DNA from: a virus
DNA length: 64,000 nucleotides
Reading direction: 5' to 3' (one strand)
IMG/VR virus record: IMGVR_UViG_3300017917_002116
Span: 32,001-96,000 of that record
Below the pieces are notes generated by a model. That model saw only the letters and a program-made list of their open reading frames with translations. It searched no databases and was not told where the DNA came from. The position numbers and the translations under genes are program-made. This document shows positions 39,504 to 49,696 of this stretch, piece after piece (the first letter of the stretch is position 1; the number at the start of each line of letters is the position of its first letter).

Positions 39504-40642
39504 AGCGAACGTTACTCGCACTAGCGGTTGCCGGCTTCCTTAGCGCATGCGGTGGGGGAGGCGGCACAGCAGAAGCGATACCTATTAAGCAACCTGCCGA
39601 TCTTGGCATCGCATGTACACAAGCAACGGATTCTAATTATCTAGATATACCCCCAATTTATAAATTCGGAGGCCTACTCAGTAATTGGTCAAACGGTGAT
39701 AGTGTGCCAGGCAAGTTAGATGGAGAACATTTTACATGGGCAGTATCTAATTTTAGTGCTATTGCTAGCGAACAGAATAATTCAGTACTGAAATCTAGGA
39801 TTACAACTAGTATCCATCGTTGGGCGCAAGCAGATGCTTATCAAGGCAGTCGTTGGTGTTGGTCTCCTAGTAAAGGCTGGGACTCTGCTTGTACACAATG
39901 GGTTGATCCAAACGGCAACGATTTTAGTGCTATTCAGGATCAAGGATATATCCAACAAAATGTAGAAGCAATACGTAGAGCCTATGCTTTGATATCAGAT
40001 TGGGCAAAAGTCAATGAGCCCGCCAAGCATGCTAAAATTACCAATTGGTTGAGCTATTTTGAAGTTAATAGCCCTCCGCCTGACAGGGTGTTTTTTGGTT
40101 TGGGCATGGGAAGATATCATTGGAGGATACAACAGGTCAGTGACACAGCCGGCCCGGCCGCCACAGTGCCTCTGGTACGCAACCTCTTGGATGGTATTCT
40201 ACCCCTAATCAATGATGATGGTTCAATTGCTGAACGGACCTCCAGGGGTAATAGGGCAATGTGGTATCATTATACTTCATTAAATGAAATAATGACATCA
40301 ATGTACCTGGCCAAACAGGTAAATGTTGCAATTAATCCTCTGTTAGAAACAAGACTGCACAAAGCCGTTGAGCTTTTTCTGAACACATTGGACAATCCTG
40401 CTTTTATTATTCCTTGGGCACGAGCAGGTTATAATAACGGCGGTGATGGGTCGACACAGAATTTTAATTTTAGCAACTGGTACAATGACCCCTATGCAGG
40501 TTCTTGGGTATATCTATACACTAATTGGTATCCCGCCCATGCTAATACACCAAGGTTGAAACAGAAGGTACCCATGGGATCAACTACATCTGCATCCTTG
40601 GACACACAATTTGGTGTCCCATTAGGTTGTACTCTGTATTAA
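39500..40642 (+). CDS. Lipoprotein with alginate-lyase-like (PL5/PF05426-type) domain
   Basis: Lipobox LSA-C followed by GGGGG; DDGSIAERTSRGNRAMWYHYTSL resembles the PL5 catalytic-Tyr segment. Confidence 0.6.
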   Translation: MKRTLLALAVAGFLSACGGGGGTAEAIPIKQPADLGIACTQATDSNYLDIPPIYKFGGLLSNWSNGDSVPGKLDGEHFTWAVSNFSAIASEQNNSVLKSRITTSIHRWAQADAYQGSRWCWSPSKGWDSACTQWVDPNGNDFSAIQDQGYIQQNVEAIRRAYALISDWAKVNEPAKHAKITNWLSYFEVNSPPPDRVFFGLGMGRYHWRIQQVSDTAGPAATVPLVRNLLDGILPLINDDGSIAERTSRGNRAMWYHYTSLNEIMTSMYLAKQVNVAINPLLETRLHKAVELFLNTLDNPAFIIPWARAGYNNGGDGSTQNFNFSNWYNDPYAGSWVYLYTNWYPAHANTPRLKQKVPMGSTTSASLDTQFGVPLGCTLY

Positions 40643-40688
40643 TCACTCACATAAATCTTCCGATAAATAAAATATCGGGAGATTTTTC

Positions 40689-41435
40689 ATGAGTGTAAAA
40701 GACGATATTATCAAAGAAATAGAACTACGTTTGGGAGGCGGTATGGTGGACGTTGAACTTGATTCAGCGCACTACGAGTTGGCTATTACTTCTGCCCTTA
40801 GAAAATATAGACAGCGAAGTCAACGCGGCACCAATGAAAAATTCATCGAACTAAACATAAAGAATGAGCAACAAGAATATCAATTACCACAGAATGTGAT
40901 CATGGTTCGCGATGTTCTAATGCGACAGACAGGAACAATAGGCGCAGGAACTACAGGTGTTGACTTTGATCCCTTTGACGCCATGTATCTGAATAACATG
41001 TTGCTACAGAACAGTATGAATTTCGCAGGCCTGCAGAACTACGAGTTTTACGCACACCGCAGAGAATTAATTGCTCGTATGTTTGGTGGCTATGTAACCT
41101 TTAACTTTAATCAAAACGACAAGAAGATTTTTATACACAAGAAGTTCAAGTCAGATGACAAGGCGTTTGTTTGGTGCTTTGTGGATCGTGACGATGAAGA
41201 TTTATTAAACGATAATTATGCCAATCCCTGGCTTAAAGACTATGCGTTTGCCAAGGCTAAATTTATGTTGGGCGAGGCCCGTAGTAAGTTTAGTACTATT
41301 GCTGGTCCACAAGGTGGCACCAGTCTTAACGGAGATAACCTCAAAAGCGAAGCACAGGCAGAACTTGAAAAACTAGAAGAAGATCTAAAAACCTACGCAG
41401 AGGGTGGAACACCTCTGGGATTCATAATAGGGTAA
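40689..41435 (+). CDS. gp13: Neck protein (gp13-like)
   Basis: RLGGGMVDVELD, WLKDYAFAKAK.MLGEARSKF..IAGPQGG.SLNG; late TAAATA at 40664-40669. Confidence 0.88.
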   Translation: MSVKDDIIKEIELRLGGGMVDVELDSAHYELAITSALRKYRQRSQRGTNEKFIELNIKNEQQEYQLPQNVIMVRDVLMRQTGTIGAGTTGVDFDPFDAMYLNNMLLQNSMNFAGLQNYEFYAHRRELIARMFGGYVTFNFNQNDKKIFIHKKFKSDDKAFVWCFVDRDDEDLLNDNYANPWLKDYAFAKAKFMLGEARSKFSTIAGPQGGTSLNGDNLKSEAQAELEKLEEDLKTYAEGGTPLGFIIG

Positions 41436-41438
41436 TTT

Positions 41439-41870
41439 ATGAGAATAAGTGAAATATTAAACGAATTAGATCGTAGAGGTTTCCTACGAGGACTAGCCGC
41501 CGCGGCATTAACAGGAGCGGCAGGAACCGCGGCCGCAAGAGTAGTACCCGGACAAGATGATCCAAATATCAATCGTCTAACAGGTAAGCCCAATGCCGCA
41601 CCTGGTACTAACAATGAACCGCCTGCATCAAGTGCACAAATGCCAAATCAAAATTTGGAAACTGCTGAAAAAGTAGACCGCACAGATGATGGCATCATTA
41701 TCACACATAATGGCAAACAGTATCAGGCAGTAGAAGTGCCCAAGGACGGCCCAACACCTCGCGGCGCCCAAATGATTAAGGTGCAACAAGCACAATTAGG
41801 CATGCGAGGGATAGGCAACTATACAACTTACCTATTACCAAACGGACGAGCTTACATCTATTCTAAATGA
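41439..41870 (+). CDS. Late protein with twin-arginine (Tat) signal peptide
   Basis: MRISEILNE-LDRRGFLRG-LAAAALTGAAGTAAA. Confidence 0.7.
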   Translation: MRISEILNELDRRGFLRGLAAAALTGAAGTAAARVVPGQDDPNINRLTGKPNAAPGTNNEPPASSAQMPNQNLETAEKVDRTDDGIIITHNGKQYQAVEVPKDGPTPRGAQMIKVQQAQLGMRGIGNYTTYLLPNGRAYIYSK

Positions 41871-42058
41871 ATCCAGAAGAATTAAGAAAACTCGCCGGCA
41901 TAGACAAAACAGCTACTAGCCCTATTAGCGGAGAAATAGGCACAACCAAAGGCGAGTACATGCGTAAACACAATATACAACCAGGCACAGACGAATGGTT
42001 CAAGTTATGGTTCGCCCGGCCTAGTCTAACTGGTGAAAATCCTACTCCTAAAAAGTAA
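41867..42058 (+). CDS. Small conserved phage protein
   Basis: ELRKLAGI..NIQPGTDEWFKLWF. Confidence 0.65.
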   Translation: MNPEELRKLAGIDKTATSPISGEIGTTKGEYMRKHNIQPGTDEWFKLWFARPSLTGENPTPKK

Positions 42059-42066
42059 AAAACTTA

Positions 42067-42095
42067 TAGACAAATAGATCAAGGTACTATATACT
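42067..42095 (+). promoter_or_regulatory. sigma70-type promoter, probably leaderless transcript
   Basis: TAGACA-N17-TATACT, ATG 6 nt downstream. Confidence 0.7.
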
Positions 42096-42101
42096 AGTAC
42101 G

Positions 42102-42590
42102 ATGATAATTTACCTTGACATGGATGATGTAGTAGCAGACTGGATGGGTCTAGCCAAAACTATAGTCAATAGAAACTGGAATTATGGAGAAAGAATTCCA
42201 GATTCAGATTGGAAAAAACTCAAATATAATCCAAGATTCTATAGAAACATTCCTCTTAAAAAGGGTGCAGTAGACCTGGTAAATTATTGTAGGAATTTAT
42301 TGTCCGAAAATAAAATAGACGGGCTGTATTTTTTAACAGCACTCCCACATGATTATTCCATGCCCCATGCAGCTTACGACAAAGTTCTTTGGGCACAAGA
42401 GCACTTTCCTGATATCCCTGTATTTTTTGGACCCTTTAGTCATGACAAATGGCGCCATTGTACGCCAGGCGATATACTAATAGATGATAGATCGAGTAAT
42501 GTAAGTGAATGGATTTCTGCTGGCGGCATCGCACACAGATATACCACGTGGGAAAATTGTAAACCTTGGTTAGAGGAAATTTTTAAATGA
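42102..42590 (+). CDS. HAD-family 5'(3')-deoxyribonucleotidase-like protein
   Basis: IYLDMDDVVAD, FLTA, K..W, ILIDD. Confidence 0.85.
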   Translation: MIIYLDMDDVVADWMGLAKTIVNRNWNYGERIPDSDWKKLKYNPRFYRNIPLKKGAVDLVNYCRNLLSENKIDGLYFLTALPHDYSMPHAAYDKVLWAQEHFPDIPVFFGPFSHDKWRHCTPGDILIDDRSSNVSEWISAGGIAHRYTTWENCKPWLEEIFK

Positions 42591-43225
42591 TTATAGGCAT
42601 CTGCGGTTTTATTGGTGCTGGTAAAGACACCATTGCTGACTATTTGGTTAATATACATGAATTTAGACGAGAAAGTTTTGCCAACACTCTTAAAGATGCT
42701 GTAGCGGCAGTCTTTGGCTGGGATCGAACTCTACTAGAAGGTCGTACCAAAGAAGCTAGAGAATGGCGCGAGCAGGTAGACCCCTGGTGGGCAGAACGTT
42801 TGGGCATGCCTGAACTGACGCCACGTTGGATACTGCAATATTGGGGCACAGAAGTATGTCGCAAATCATTTCATGATGACATCTGGATCGCAGCCTTAGA
42901 AAACAAACTGAGAAATAGTAAAGATGATGTCGTTATTTCTGATTGCAGATTCCCCAATGAGATTAAAGCTATTAAAAACGCAGGCGGCATTGTAATAAGG
43001 GTCAAACGTGGTGCCGAACCCGAATGGTTAGAGGCCGCGCAACATTATATGAGCGGACCCAGTACTATTGGATGGGCTCTGGGCAAGGGTTTGCTTGATA
43101 AGCATAAAGTACATGCTAGTGAATACAGCTGGGTAGCCACCAACTTTGATCATGTCTTAGAAAATGATGGTAGCATGGATGAACTGTATAAAAAAATACA
43201 TGATATAGTAGAAAACATGCAATAA
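42587..43225 (+). CDS. gp1: Deoxynucleoside monophosphate kinase
   Basis: GICGFIGAGKDT, SFA..LKD, TPRWILQYWGTEVCR, SDCRFPNE, HASE. Confidence 0.92.
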   Translation: MIIGICGFIGAGKDTIADYLVNIHEFRRESFANTLKDAVAAVFGWDRTLLEGRTKEAREWREQVDPWWAERLGMPELTPRWILQYWGTEVCRKSFHDDIWIAALENKLRNSKDDVVISDCRFPNEIKAIKNAGGIVIRVKRGAEPEWLEAAQHYMSGPSTIGWALGKGLLDKHKVHASEYSWVATNFDHVLENDGSMDELYKKIHDIVENMQ

Positions 43226-43232
43226 ATTTAAC

Positions 43233-43264
43233 AAATGGACGGTGCACCCTGACCGTCCATTTTC
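43233..43264 (+). terminator. Rho-independent terminator
   Basis: AAATGGACGGT-N8-ACCGTCCATTTT. Confidence 0.7.
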
Positions 43265-43337
43265 ACGGTTTGGGCTAAATAGCGCCTTTTTCCACCTTTT
43301 TGGTAAATACTATTAACCTACCAACAAGGAGAAAAAT

Positions 43338-45770
43338 ATGCCTACATTAGTTTCACCAGGTGTAGCAGTCAGCGTTAAAGACGAAAGCATGTACGGCCCA
43401 GCCGGCAATGGTACAGTTCCGCTATTAATTCTGGCAACACAATCTAACAAGGCTAACGTCAGTGGCAGTGGTTACGCAGAAGGAACCATGCCAGTGAATG
43501 CCAATAAGCCATATCTACTAACAAGTCAGAGGGAATTAGTAGAATTATTTGGTAAACCATACTTTAAAGTTATTGATGGCACACCAGTACATGGTGCTGA
43601 AGTCAACGAATATGGTCTAATGGCTGCTTACAGTTATCTAGGCCTTGCCAATCGTGCCTACGTACTACGTGCAGATATTGACCTAGCACAACTAGAACCA
43701 AGAGACGTTGAACCCAAAGGTGATCCAGTAAATGGAACATACTGGCTAGATCTTACCAGCGCCACAGATGCTACAGGCACAGCTTGGGGTATATTTGAAT
43801 CAAGAGGCGCAGGCAGAAATTGGGCAGCTAAAACTCCATTGGTAATTACAGAATTAACTGACACGGCTGGTAACCTAGGCTTCGCTCCTGCTACAAGTCT
43901 TGGCACTGATGGTGACTATGCTGTAGTTGCCACTTCAGTTGTGAGCAATTATCTATACTATAAAAAAGTATCAGGCCTATGGAAAGCAGTAACTAATGCG
44001 TCCCTAAGCACCACTGTGCATGTGGCTCCTCACTATCAGATTCCTACAGCCGTGGCAGCAGGTGAAGTCTGGGTCAAGACAACTAACCCAAATAATGGTC
44101 TACGTGTTCTTGTCAAGAGATACTATGCAAGTAGTAGACAATGGGTAACTTTAGCTTGCCCAAGCTATGTTGATGATGCCGCAGCCACAACAGCTTTTGG
44201 TACTGCTCTAACAACAGGCAAGATCTATGCTAAAGTAACTCCTGGTTATGGTAACGTGACATTGAGATTATACACAGGCACACCAACTAATGGTAGCTGG
44301 GGTCCTTTATATGAAGAACCTAGCGTAAGTGCACCCAAGGGTCCTACTCCAGACGGAACACTATGGTATAATACAGATCTAATGGTAGATCTTTATATCA
44401 AGGCCAATGGTAAATGGGAACCAGTAACATCTAATATTACTATAGATGCTAGTGCACCAACAAGTCCTGCTGTGGGCGATTTCTGGATCAACAGTGATGA
44501 CCCAGAAAATTATCCTCTGGTATACGAATTTGATGGTACAGACTGGATAGCACGCGACATTACAGACCAAACTACTCCTAACGGTATTATTTTTGCAGAT
44601 TTAACAATGACACCAGCAGACACAAGCAACGCTGGCGGCGCAGATGGTATCATGGATAGTCCAGATCCTCTACTACATCCAGATGGCATGCTACTGTGGA
44701 ACAGTGCAATCAGCACAGGCAACGTAAAGATCTATGGCGACGTTACACTTGGTGACGAAATCACAGTTGTAAAAGGCTGGAGCACATATAGTGGCAACAT
44801 GGAAAATGGTGCTCCTTATATGTTCCGCAAGGCACAGCGTAGAGCAGTTGTTCGTGCAATGCAAGCGGCAGTAAACAGCAACACACAAATTCGTGAAGAA
44901 ATGACACAATTTACATTGATTGCTGCTCCTGCTTATCCTGAACTATTAGATGAAATGTTAGCACTGAACGTAGATCGTAAAGAAACAGCGTTCATTATTG
45001 TTGACACACCTTTCAGACTACGTCCACAGAGCCAAGAGCTATTAAATTGGATGAGTGGAAACAAGGCTGTAACCAATGGTGAAGATGGTATTACAACACC
45101 AACTCCTCAGGCAGCTTGCTACTATCCAAGTGCATACACTAGTGATCTAGATGGCAACGATGTCGTTGTTCCACCAAGTCATATTGTATTGCGTACATAT
45201 GCATACAATGACCAAGTGGCTTATCCTTGGTTTGCACCAGCAGGCCTAACACGCGGTATTGTTACAAACGCCAGCAACGTTGGTTACATCAACAGCGAAG
45301 GCGAATTTATACCAGTTGCATTGACCAATGGTCAGCGTGACGTTCTATACGGTGACGGTAAGAGAATGGGTATCAACCCAATCACACGTTTCCCAGGACA
45401 GGGTCTATTCGTATTCGGTCAGCGTACAATGCAGAGCTATGCTAGTGCACTTGATCGTGTTAACGTCGGTCGTCTATTGGCTTACCTACGTGAGCGTTTT
45501 GATCCTCTTGCTCGTCCGTTCATATTTGAACCTAACGACAAGATCACAAGAGCAAATGCTAAACAGGTATTTGATAGCTTCCTAGCAGATATGATTGCCA
45601 AGAGAGCGATCTATGATTTTATTGTTGTTTGCGACGAGACAAATAATACTCCTGCTCGAATTGACAGGAACGAATTGTGGATTGATGTTGCTATTGAACC
45701 AGTTAAGGCTGTTGAATTTATCTACATCCCAATCCGTGTTGTCAACACCGGCGCTTTGTCAGCAAGATAA
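43338..45770 (+). CDS. gp18: Tail sheath protein
   Basis: LVSPGV, PWFAPAGLTRG, INPI..FPGQG..FGQRT, SALDRVNVGRL, FEPND, P.KAVEFIYI; late TAAATA at 43276 and 43304. Confidence 0.96.
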   Translation: MPTLVSPGVAVSVKDESMYGPAGNGTVPLLILATQSNKANVSGSGYAEGTMPVNANKPYLLTSQRELVELFGKPYFKVIDGTPVHGAEVNEYGLMAAYSYLGLANRAYVLRADIDLAQLEPRDVEPKGDPVNGTYWLDLTSATDATGTAWGIFESRGAGRNWAAKTPLVITELTDTAGNLGFAPATSLGTDGDYAVVATSVVSNYLYYKKVSGLWKAVTNASLSTTVHVAPHYQIPTAVAAGEVWVKTTNPNNGLRVLVKRYYASSRQWVTLACPSYVDDAAATTAFGTALTTGKIYAKVTPGYGNVTLRLYTGTPTNGSWGPLYEEPSVSAPKGPTPDGTLWYNTDLMVDLYIKANGKWEPVTSNITIDASAPTSPAVGDFWINSDDPENYPLVYEFDGTDWIARDITDQTTPNGIIFADLTMTPADTSNAGGADGIMDSPDPLLHPDGMLLWNSAISTGNVKIYGDVTLGDEITVVKGWSTYSGNMENGAPYMFRKAQRRAVVRAMQAAVNSNTQIREEMTQFTLIAAPAYPELLDEMLALNVDRKETAFIIVDTPFRLRPQSQELLNWMSGNKAVTNGEDGITTPTPQAACYYPSAYTSDLDGNDVVVPPSHIVLRTYAYNDQVAYPWFAPAGLTRGIVTNASNVGYINSEGEFIPVALTNGQRDVLYGDGKRMGINPITRFPGQGLFVFGQRTMQSYASALDRVNVGRLLAYLRERFDPLARPFIFEPNDKITRANAKQVFDSFLADMIAKRAIYDFIVVCDETNNTPARIDRNELWIDVAIEPVKAVEFIYIPIRVVNTGALSAR

Positions 45771-45795
45771 ATAAAATAGCCAAAGGAGAAGATAC

Positions 45796-46407
45796 ATGGC
45801 AGATTTAACACAATACGGAGTCCCAACAACAACATCTAACGTTATCATGATGCCAAAACTCCAGTACAGATTCAGAGTGAACATGTACGGTTTTGGCAAG
45901 GATAATGGTAGTACGCTGGACTTCACACAGAACGTAGTTAGCGTAACACGCCCAAGTCTAACTCATGATGAAGTAACCTTAGATGCATATAACAGTCGTG
46001 CATATTTGGCTGCTAAACATACATGGGAACCTATAACACTTACAATTCGTGATGATATGAACAACGCTGCAAGCAAGCACGTTGCAAGCCAATTGCAGAA
46101 ACAATTGAATCATGGTTTGCAAAGCGCACCTGCCGCTGGTAAGGATTATAAGTTTGGTCTTGTTATCGAGCAGTTAGACGGTAGCCAACCAGGTCTTGTA
46201 GTTGAAACATGGAGCTTGAATGGTTGCTTCATTCAGAACGTTAACTATGGTGAAAACAACTACGCTACTAGCGATGTAATGTTGATTACACTACAGATTC
46301 GTTATGATGGTGCAGATATCCATAGTGAGCCTCAGGCTGCTGCTACAGAGCCTGGCAAGTTAACAAGCGGATTACTAGGCAATTCAGCTATTAATCCTGC
46401 TGTTTAA
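45796..46407 (+). CDS. gp19: Tail tube protein
   Basis: PKLQYRFRV, KHTWEPITLTIRDD, ETW.L.GCF; follows the sheath gene; TAAATA at 45768. Confidence 0.9.
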   Translation: MADLTQYGVPTTTSNVIMMPKLQYRFRVNMYGFGKDNGSTLDFTQNVVSVTRPSLTHDEVTLDAYNSRAYLAAKHTWEPITLTIRDDMNNAASKHVASQLQKQLNHGLQSAPAAGKDYKFGLVIEQLDGSQPGLVVETWSLNGCFIQNVNYGENNYATSDVMLITLQIRYDGADIHSEPQAAATEPGKLTSGLLGNSAINPAV

Positions 46408-46418
46408 GGAGCGCACTA

Positions 46419-47186
46419 ATGGCGGCACTTACTGACGCTATGAAGTGGTACGGTTTAGGCGCGGACATGGCTCCGCGCCTTAAGTATCATTTTAACATCG
46501 AAATCTATAGTTCACAGGCACAAGAGTATGCGAGAGATGTCTACAACTGTGTAAGGACAGTAGAACTTCCCAAGTACAGCATAGACACACAGGTGGTAAA
46601 TGCCTGGAACGTACAACAGCTAATCCCCACAAAAGTGGTCTTCGAACCATTGAGTATATCATTTAATGACACTCACGATAATAGATTCCAAAAATTTATC
46701 AAGGCATATCTTGCCGCAGCCACAGATAGTTTCCAACCGATTACTAGTGGCTACAGAACCGGTTTTGATACGTTTGGTCTTAAAATGCAAGATACTACCT
46801 ATGACGTCATTATTGAAAAAATAGTCATAAGACGCTTCTATGGTGCAGATGCAGACAGACAAAATTTTGGCGATGAAAGTATCGTAACACTGTACAGACC
46901 AAAAATAATTGATGTACAACACGACACATTAGACTACAGTGCAAGCGAAGCAATAACCTGGCAGATTAGTATTAGATACGAAAGTATGACCTATGAAGAA
47001 ATCGGTGGGCCGCCAAAGACCAACACAGAAACGGCACCTGAGCCTACATTATTGAATGCAGGTGAAGTTCCAGTCGAAGAATCACTAGGCCCGGGAGAGA
47101 CGGTGGTTGACTTGACAAATAGCCCACTAATTAGTGGCGGTGGCATCGGCGGCGTTACTGGTGGTGGAATAGTAGGAGGTATATAA
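46419..47186 (+). CDS. Tube-like baseplate protein (gp54/gp48-like)
   Basis: PRLKYHF, VELPKY, EPLSISFND, QHDTLDYS; tube-fold paralogue. Confidence 0.7.
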   Translation: MAALTDAMKWYGLGADMAPRLKYHFNIEIYSSQAQEYARDVYNCVRTVELPKYSIDTQVVNAWNVQQLIPTKVVFEPLSISFNDTHDNRFQKFIKAYLAAATDSFQPITSGYRTGFDTFGLKMQDTTYDVIIEKIVIRRFYGADADRQNFGDESIVTLYRPKIIDVQHDTLDYSASEAITWQISIRYESMTYEEIGGPPKTNTETAPEPTLLNAGEVPVEESLGPGETVVDLTNSPLISGGGIGGVTGGGIVGGI

Positions 47187-47521
47187 TGAGTTTTGAAACA
47201 TCTAAATTTGATTTATTATACGGCAAACTACTAGGCAAAGGTCTAACCCCATCGCTGTCAAAGCAGCTGGCCTCCACTCTATATCGATTAAGTCAGAATA
47301 TAGATGTTAGCATAGATGATATAGTACGCAATGTTACTACCAATGGTATACGATTTGACAATGTGATATATGCGTCACTGAATCGTTATAGATCCAACAG
47401 CAGCCAAGTAGGCTATCTAGATATTAATAATATTCCGCTAGGCATATCGCAACAAATACCAACTATTGCTGAATCTAGTTACATTGCACCAGGCTATGTT
47501 AAAAAGGGTTATGTAGAATAA
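47186..47521 (+). CDS. Hypothetical structural-module protein
   Basis: LNRYRSNSSQVGY; translationally coupled to the upstream gene. Confidence 0.55.
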   Translation: MSFETSKFDLLYGKLLGKGLTPSLSKQLASTLYRLSQNIDVSIDDIVRNVTTNGIRFDNVIYASLNRYRSNSSQVGYLDINNIPLGISQQIPTIAESSYIAPGYVKKGYVE

Positions 47522-47531
47522 GGAACACGAT

Positions 47532-49688
47532 ATGACATTGACATTACGCAGAGACAAAGGGTCTATTCTAACATACGACGAATTAGATGATAACTTTGTT
47601 CATCTAAGTAACTATGAGAATCTGTCTAACAAGCCCACTTCATTAGAAGGACCGGCCGGACCTAAGGGAGACACCGGCGAACCCGGACCACAGGGACCAC
47701 AAGGACCCGCAGGAGCAGATGGAGCACAAGGACCACAAGGCGAACCCGGAACAACAGATTATAACGAACTGGTTAACAAACCAACTATTCCTACAAATCT
47801 TAGTGAACTTAACAATGATGTCGGCTTCATTACAGACTGGATGCAGGCCGATTGGAATGAGACTGCCGTAGATAGTCCTGCATTTATTAATAATAAACCT
47901 ACAATTCCTACAGATGTCAGTGACCTAACAGATGTTAATGGTTTATTAGGCAGCGGCAGCGGGCTGCTACCACCATACAAAGGCTTCAGAGCACATTACG
48001 GCAGAATGTGGGGAAATACAGACGATCCCAACGGCCCGATCAACAAAATTGTAATCTACAAAAATTCTGCGTCCCCTAGCTCTACTATTGACGAAAGTAC
48101 CAGCAACGATACCTTTAACGTGTCAGGCTTGACTGGTAGTGATGTTGTAGCCATGGTAGTTGTGGTTGGACAAAACGTTAATCAAACTACAACTGCCGAA
48201 CTAAAAACCCTTGCCGAATCTATCATCGACACGGTTATTTTGAATAATGGTGTAGAAGGTGATATTAATAGCATTGAATTGATGCACGATTATTTCTATG
48301 ACAACTATTCCACATTTAGTGCAGTCGTTACAGATAGAAAAACTGATTTAGAATTCTTTAGCGTTAACAATCAATTCAATATCAATCCTACATTCGCCAC
48401 CGGCGATGGCGCCAACTTTAGCAGTATCTCTTACAATATGAATAATGATACTCTAGATCTAGGCAGTTGGGGACAAGGCGCTCCAAATACACACGAAGTT
48501 GGCGATGTGCATGTAATTCCAGGCAACACCATTCAAGATGCTAACGGTAATTTCCTTTTAACACCCGACAACGATGTTACAGTAACCATCACCGGAGTCA
48601 GCGACGGGTGGATTCAAACTTATTCGGTGACAGGCAATTTGCCCCGCCCGGCAGAAGTTTGGCCTGATAACTATATCAGCGATGGCGGCGATGACGAATA
48701 TGATACTGCAAACTATATTAACACAAACTTGCAAAGTGAGATCAGCTATAACAGTGGCAATGCAGTAATAGGTAGTTCAGCCTTTGGCGGTGGCAACTAT
48801 GTTGTTGCTTACAAGGATGGTATTTTTGGTATTTTTGCTGTTAACGCAGATATTGACAGTATAGGCACTAGCGGTAACAGCGGCTTTGACGGTGATGGCC
48901 AAGCAGACACAGGTAGTTTATATGGTGCTGTTACTGAAGACAATACTATGGCAGACATTACCTTCGAAGGTACAGCGTTAAAAACCGAGAACGGCAATAG
49001 CCCATGGTATAATGGTGTTATCAGTTTAATGCCCGGTTCATTAAACGAGCCACAGTATGCTAACTATGGTCAGTTTATTAATATCTATCCAACATGGGGT
49101 TACGATCAGCCGCACATTCACGTCGACTCCGGCGAAGGTCCCAACGGAAAAGGCGACTTAATATTGGGTCCAGACGGATATCATATAGATGTTAATCACG
49201 ATGGCAATGTTTACATAAAGACTAATAACCAGAACAACACTTGGACTTTTGATAATAACGGCAACTTAGCGTTACCTTACGGCGGTGATATTAAAGACAG
49301 TTCGGGTAATTCAGTATTAACCGGCGGTGATACATTGCCAAGAGCAAGTGTTATTAACATTCCCGATCCCGACGTCACATGCGGTATTATCAGGGTAAGG
49401 ATTACCAACGGTGTCGTCACAGTAGAAGAAGCCAACGGTGGATCACTAACTGTGGTATATTCGGGTCGTGTTGTATCATCGACAGGAACTCAAACTATAC
49501 TTTCTACAGGTGGCTCTAGTGCAGCACCCGGTGGACAATTAACACTGGGAACCTTAGTCAATCGCGGCGATAGCTTGATTATGGATTATCTATACGACGC
49601 CAATACAAATCATGCATACAGAATAAATGCTATGGTGACATGGAGTAGTGTTCCTTACGGCGGTATCATCGTAGAACGAATAGCTTAA
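47532..49688 (+). CDS. Collagen-like fibre protein
   Basis: N-terminal [19 protein letters not shown]; Gly-X-Y run ([16 protein letters not shown]...); NKPTIP repeats. Confidence 0.75.
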   Translation: MTLTLRRDKGSILTYDELDDNFVHLSNYENLSNKPTSLEGPAGPKGDTGEPGPQGPQGPAGADGAQGPQGEPGTTDYNELVNKPTIPTNLSELNNDVGFITDWMQADWNETAVDSPAFINNKPTIPTDVSDLTDVNGLLGSGSGLLPPYKGFRAHYGRMWGNTDDPNGPINKIVIYKNSASPSSTIDESTSNDTFNVSGLTGSDVVAMVVVVGQNVNQTTTAELKTLAESIIDTVILNNGVEGDINSIELMHDYFYDNYSTFSAVVTDRKTDLEFFSVNNQFNINPTFATGDGANFSSISYNMNNDTLDLGSWGQGAPNTHEVGDVHVIPGNTIQDANGNFLLTPDNDVTVTITGVSDGWIQTYSVTGNLPRPAEVWPDNYISDGGDDEYDTANYINTNLQSEISYNSGNAVIGSSAFGGGNYVVAYKDGIFGIFAVNADIDSIGTSGNSGFDGDGQADTGSLYGAVTEDNTMADITFEGTALKTENGNSPWYNGVISLMPGSLNEPQYANYGQFINIYPTWGYDQPHIHVDSGEGPNGKGDLILGPDGYHIDVNHDGNVYIKTNNQNNTWTFDNNGNLALPYGGDIKDSSGNSVLTGGDTLPRASVINIPDPDVTCGIIRVRITNGVVTVEEANGGSLTVVYSGRVVSSTGTQTILSTGGSSAAPGGQLTLGTLVNRGDSLIMDYLYDANTNHAYRINAMVTWSSVPYGGIIVERIA

Positions 49689-49696
49689 TCACTAGA

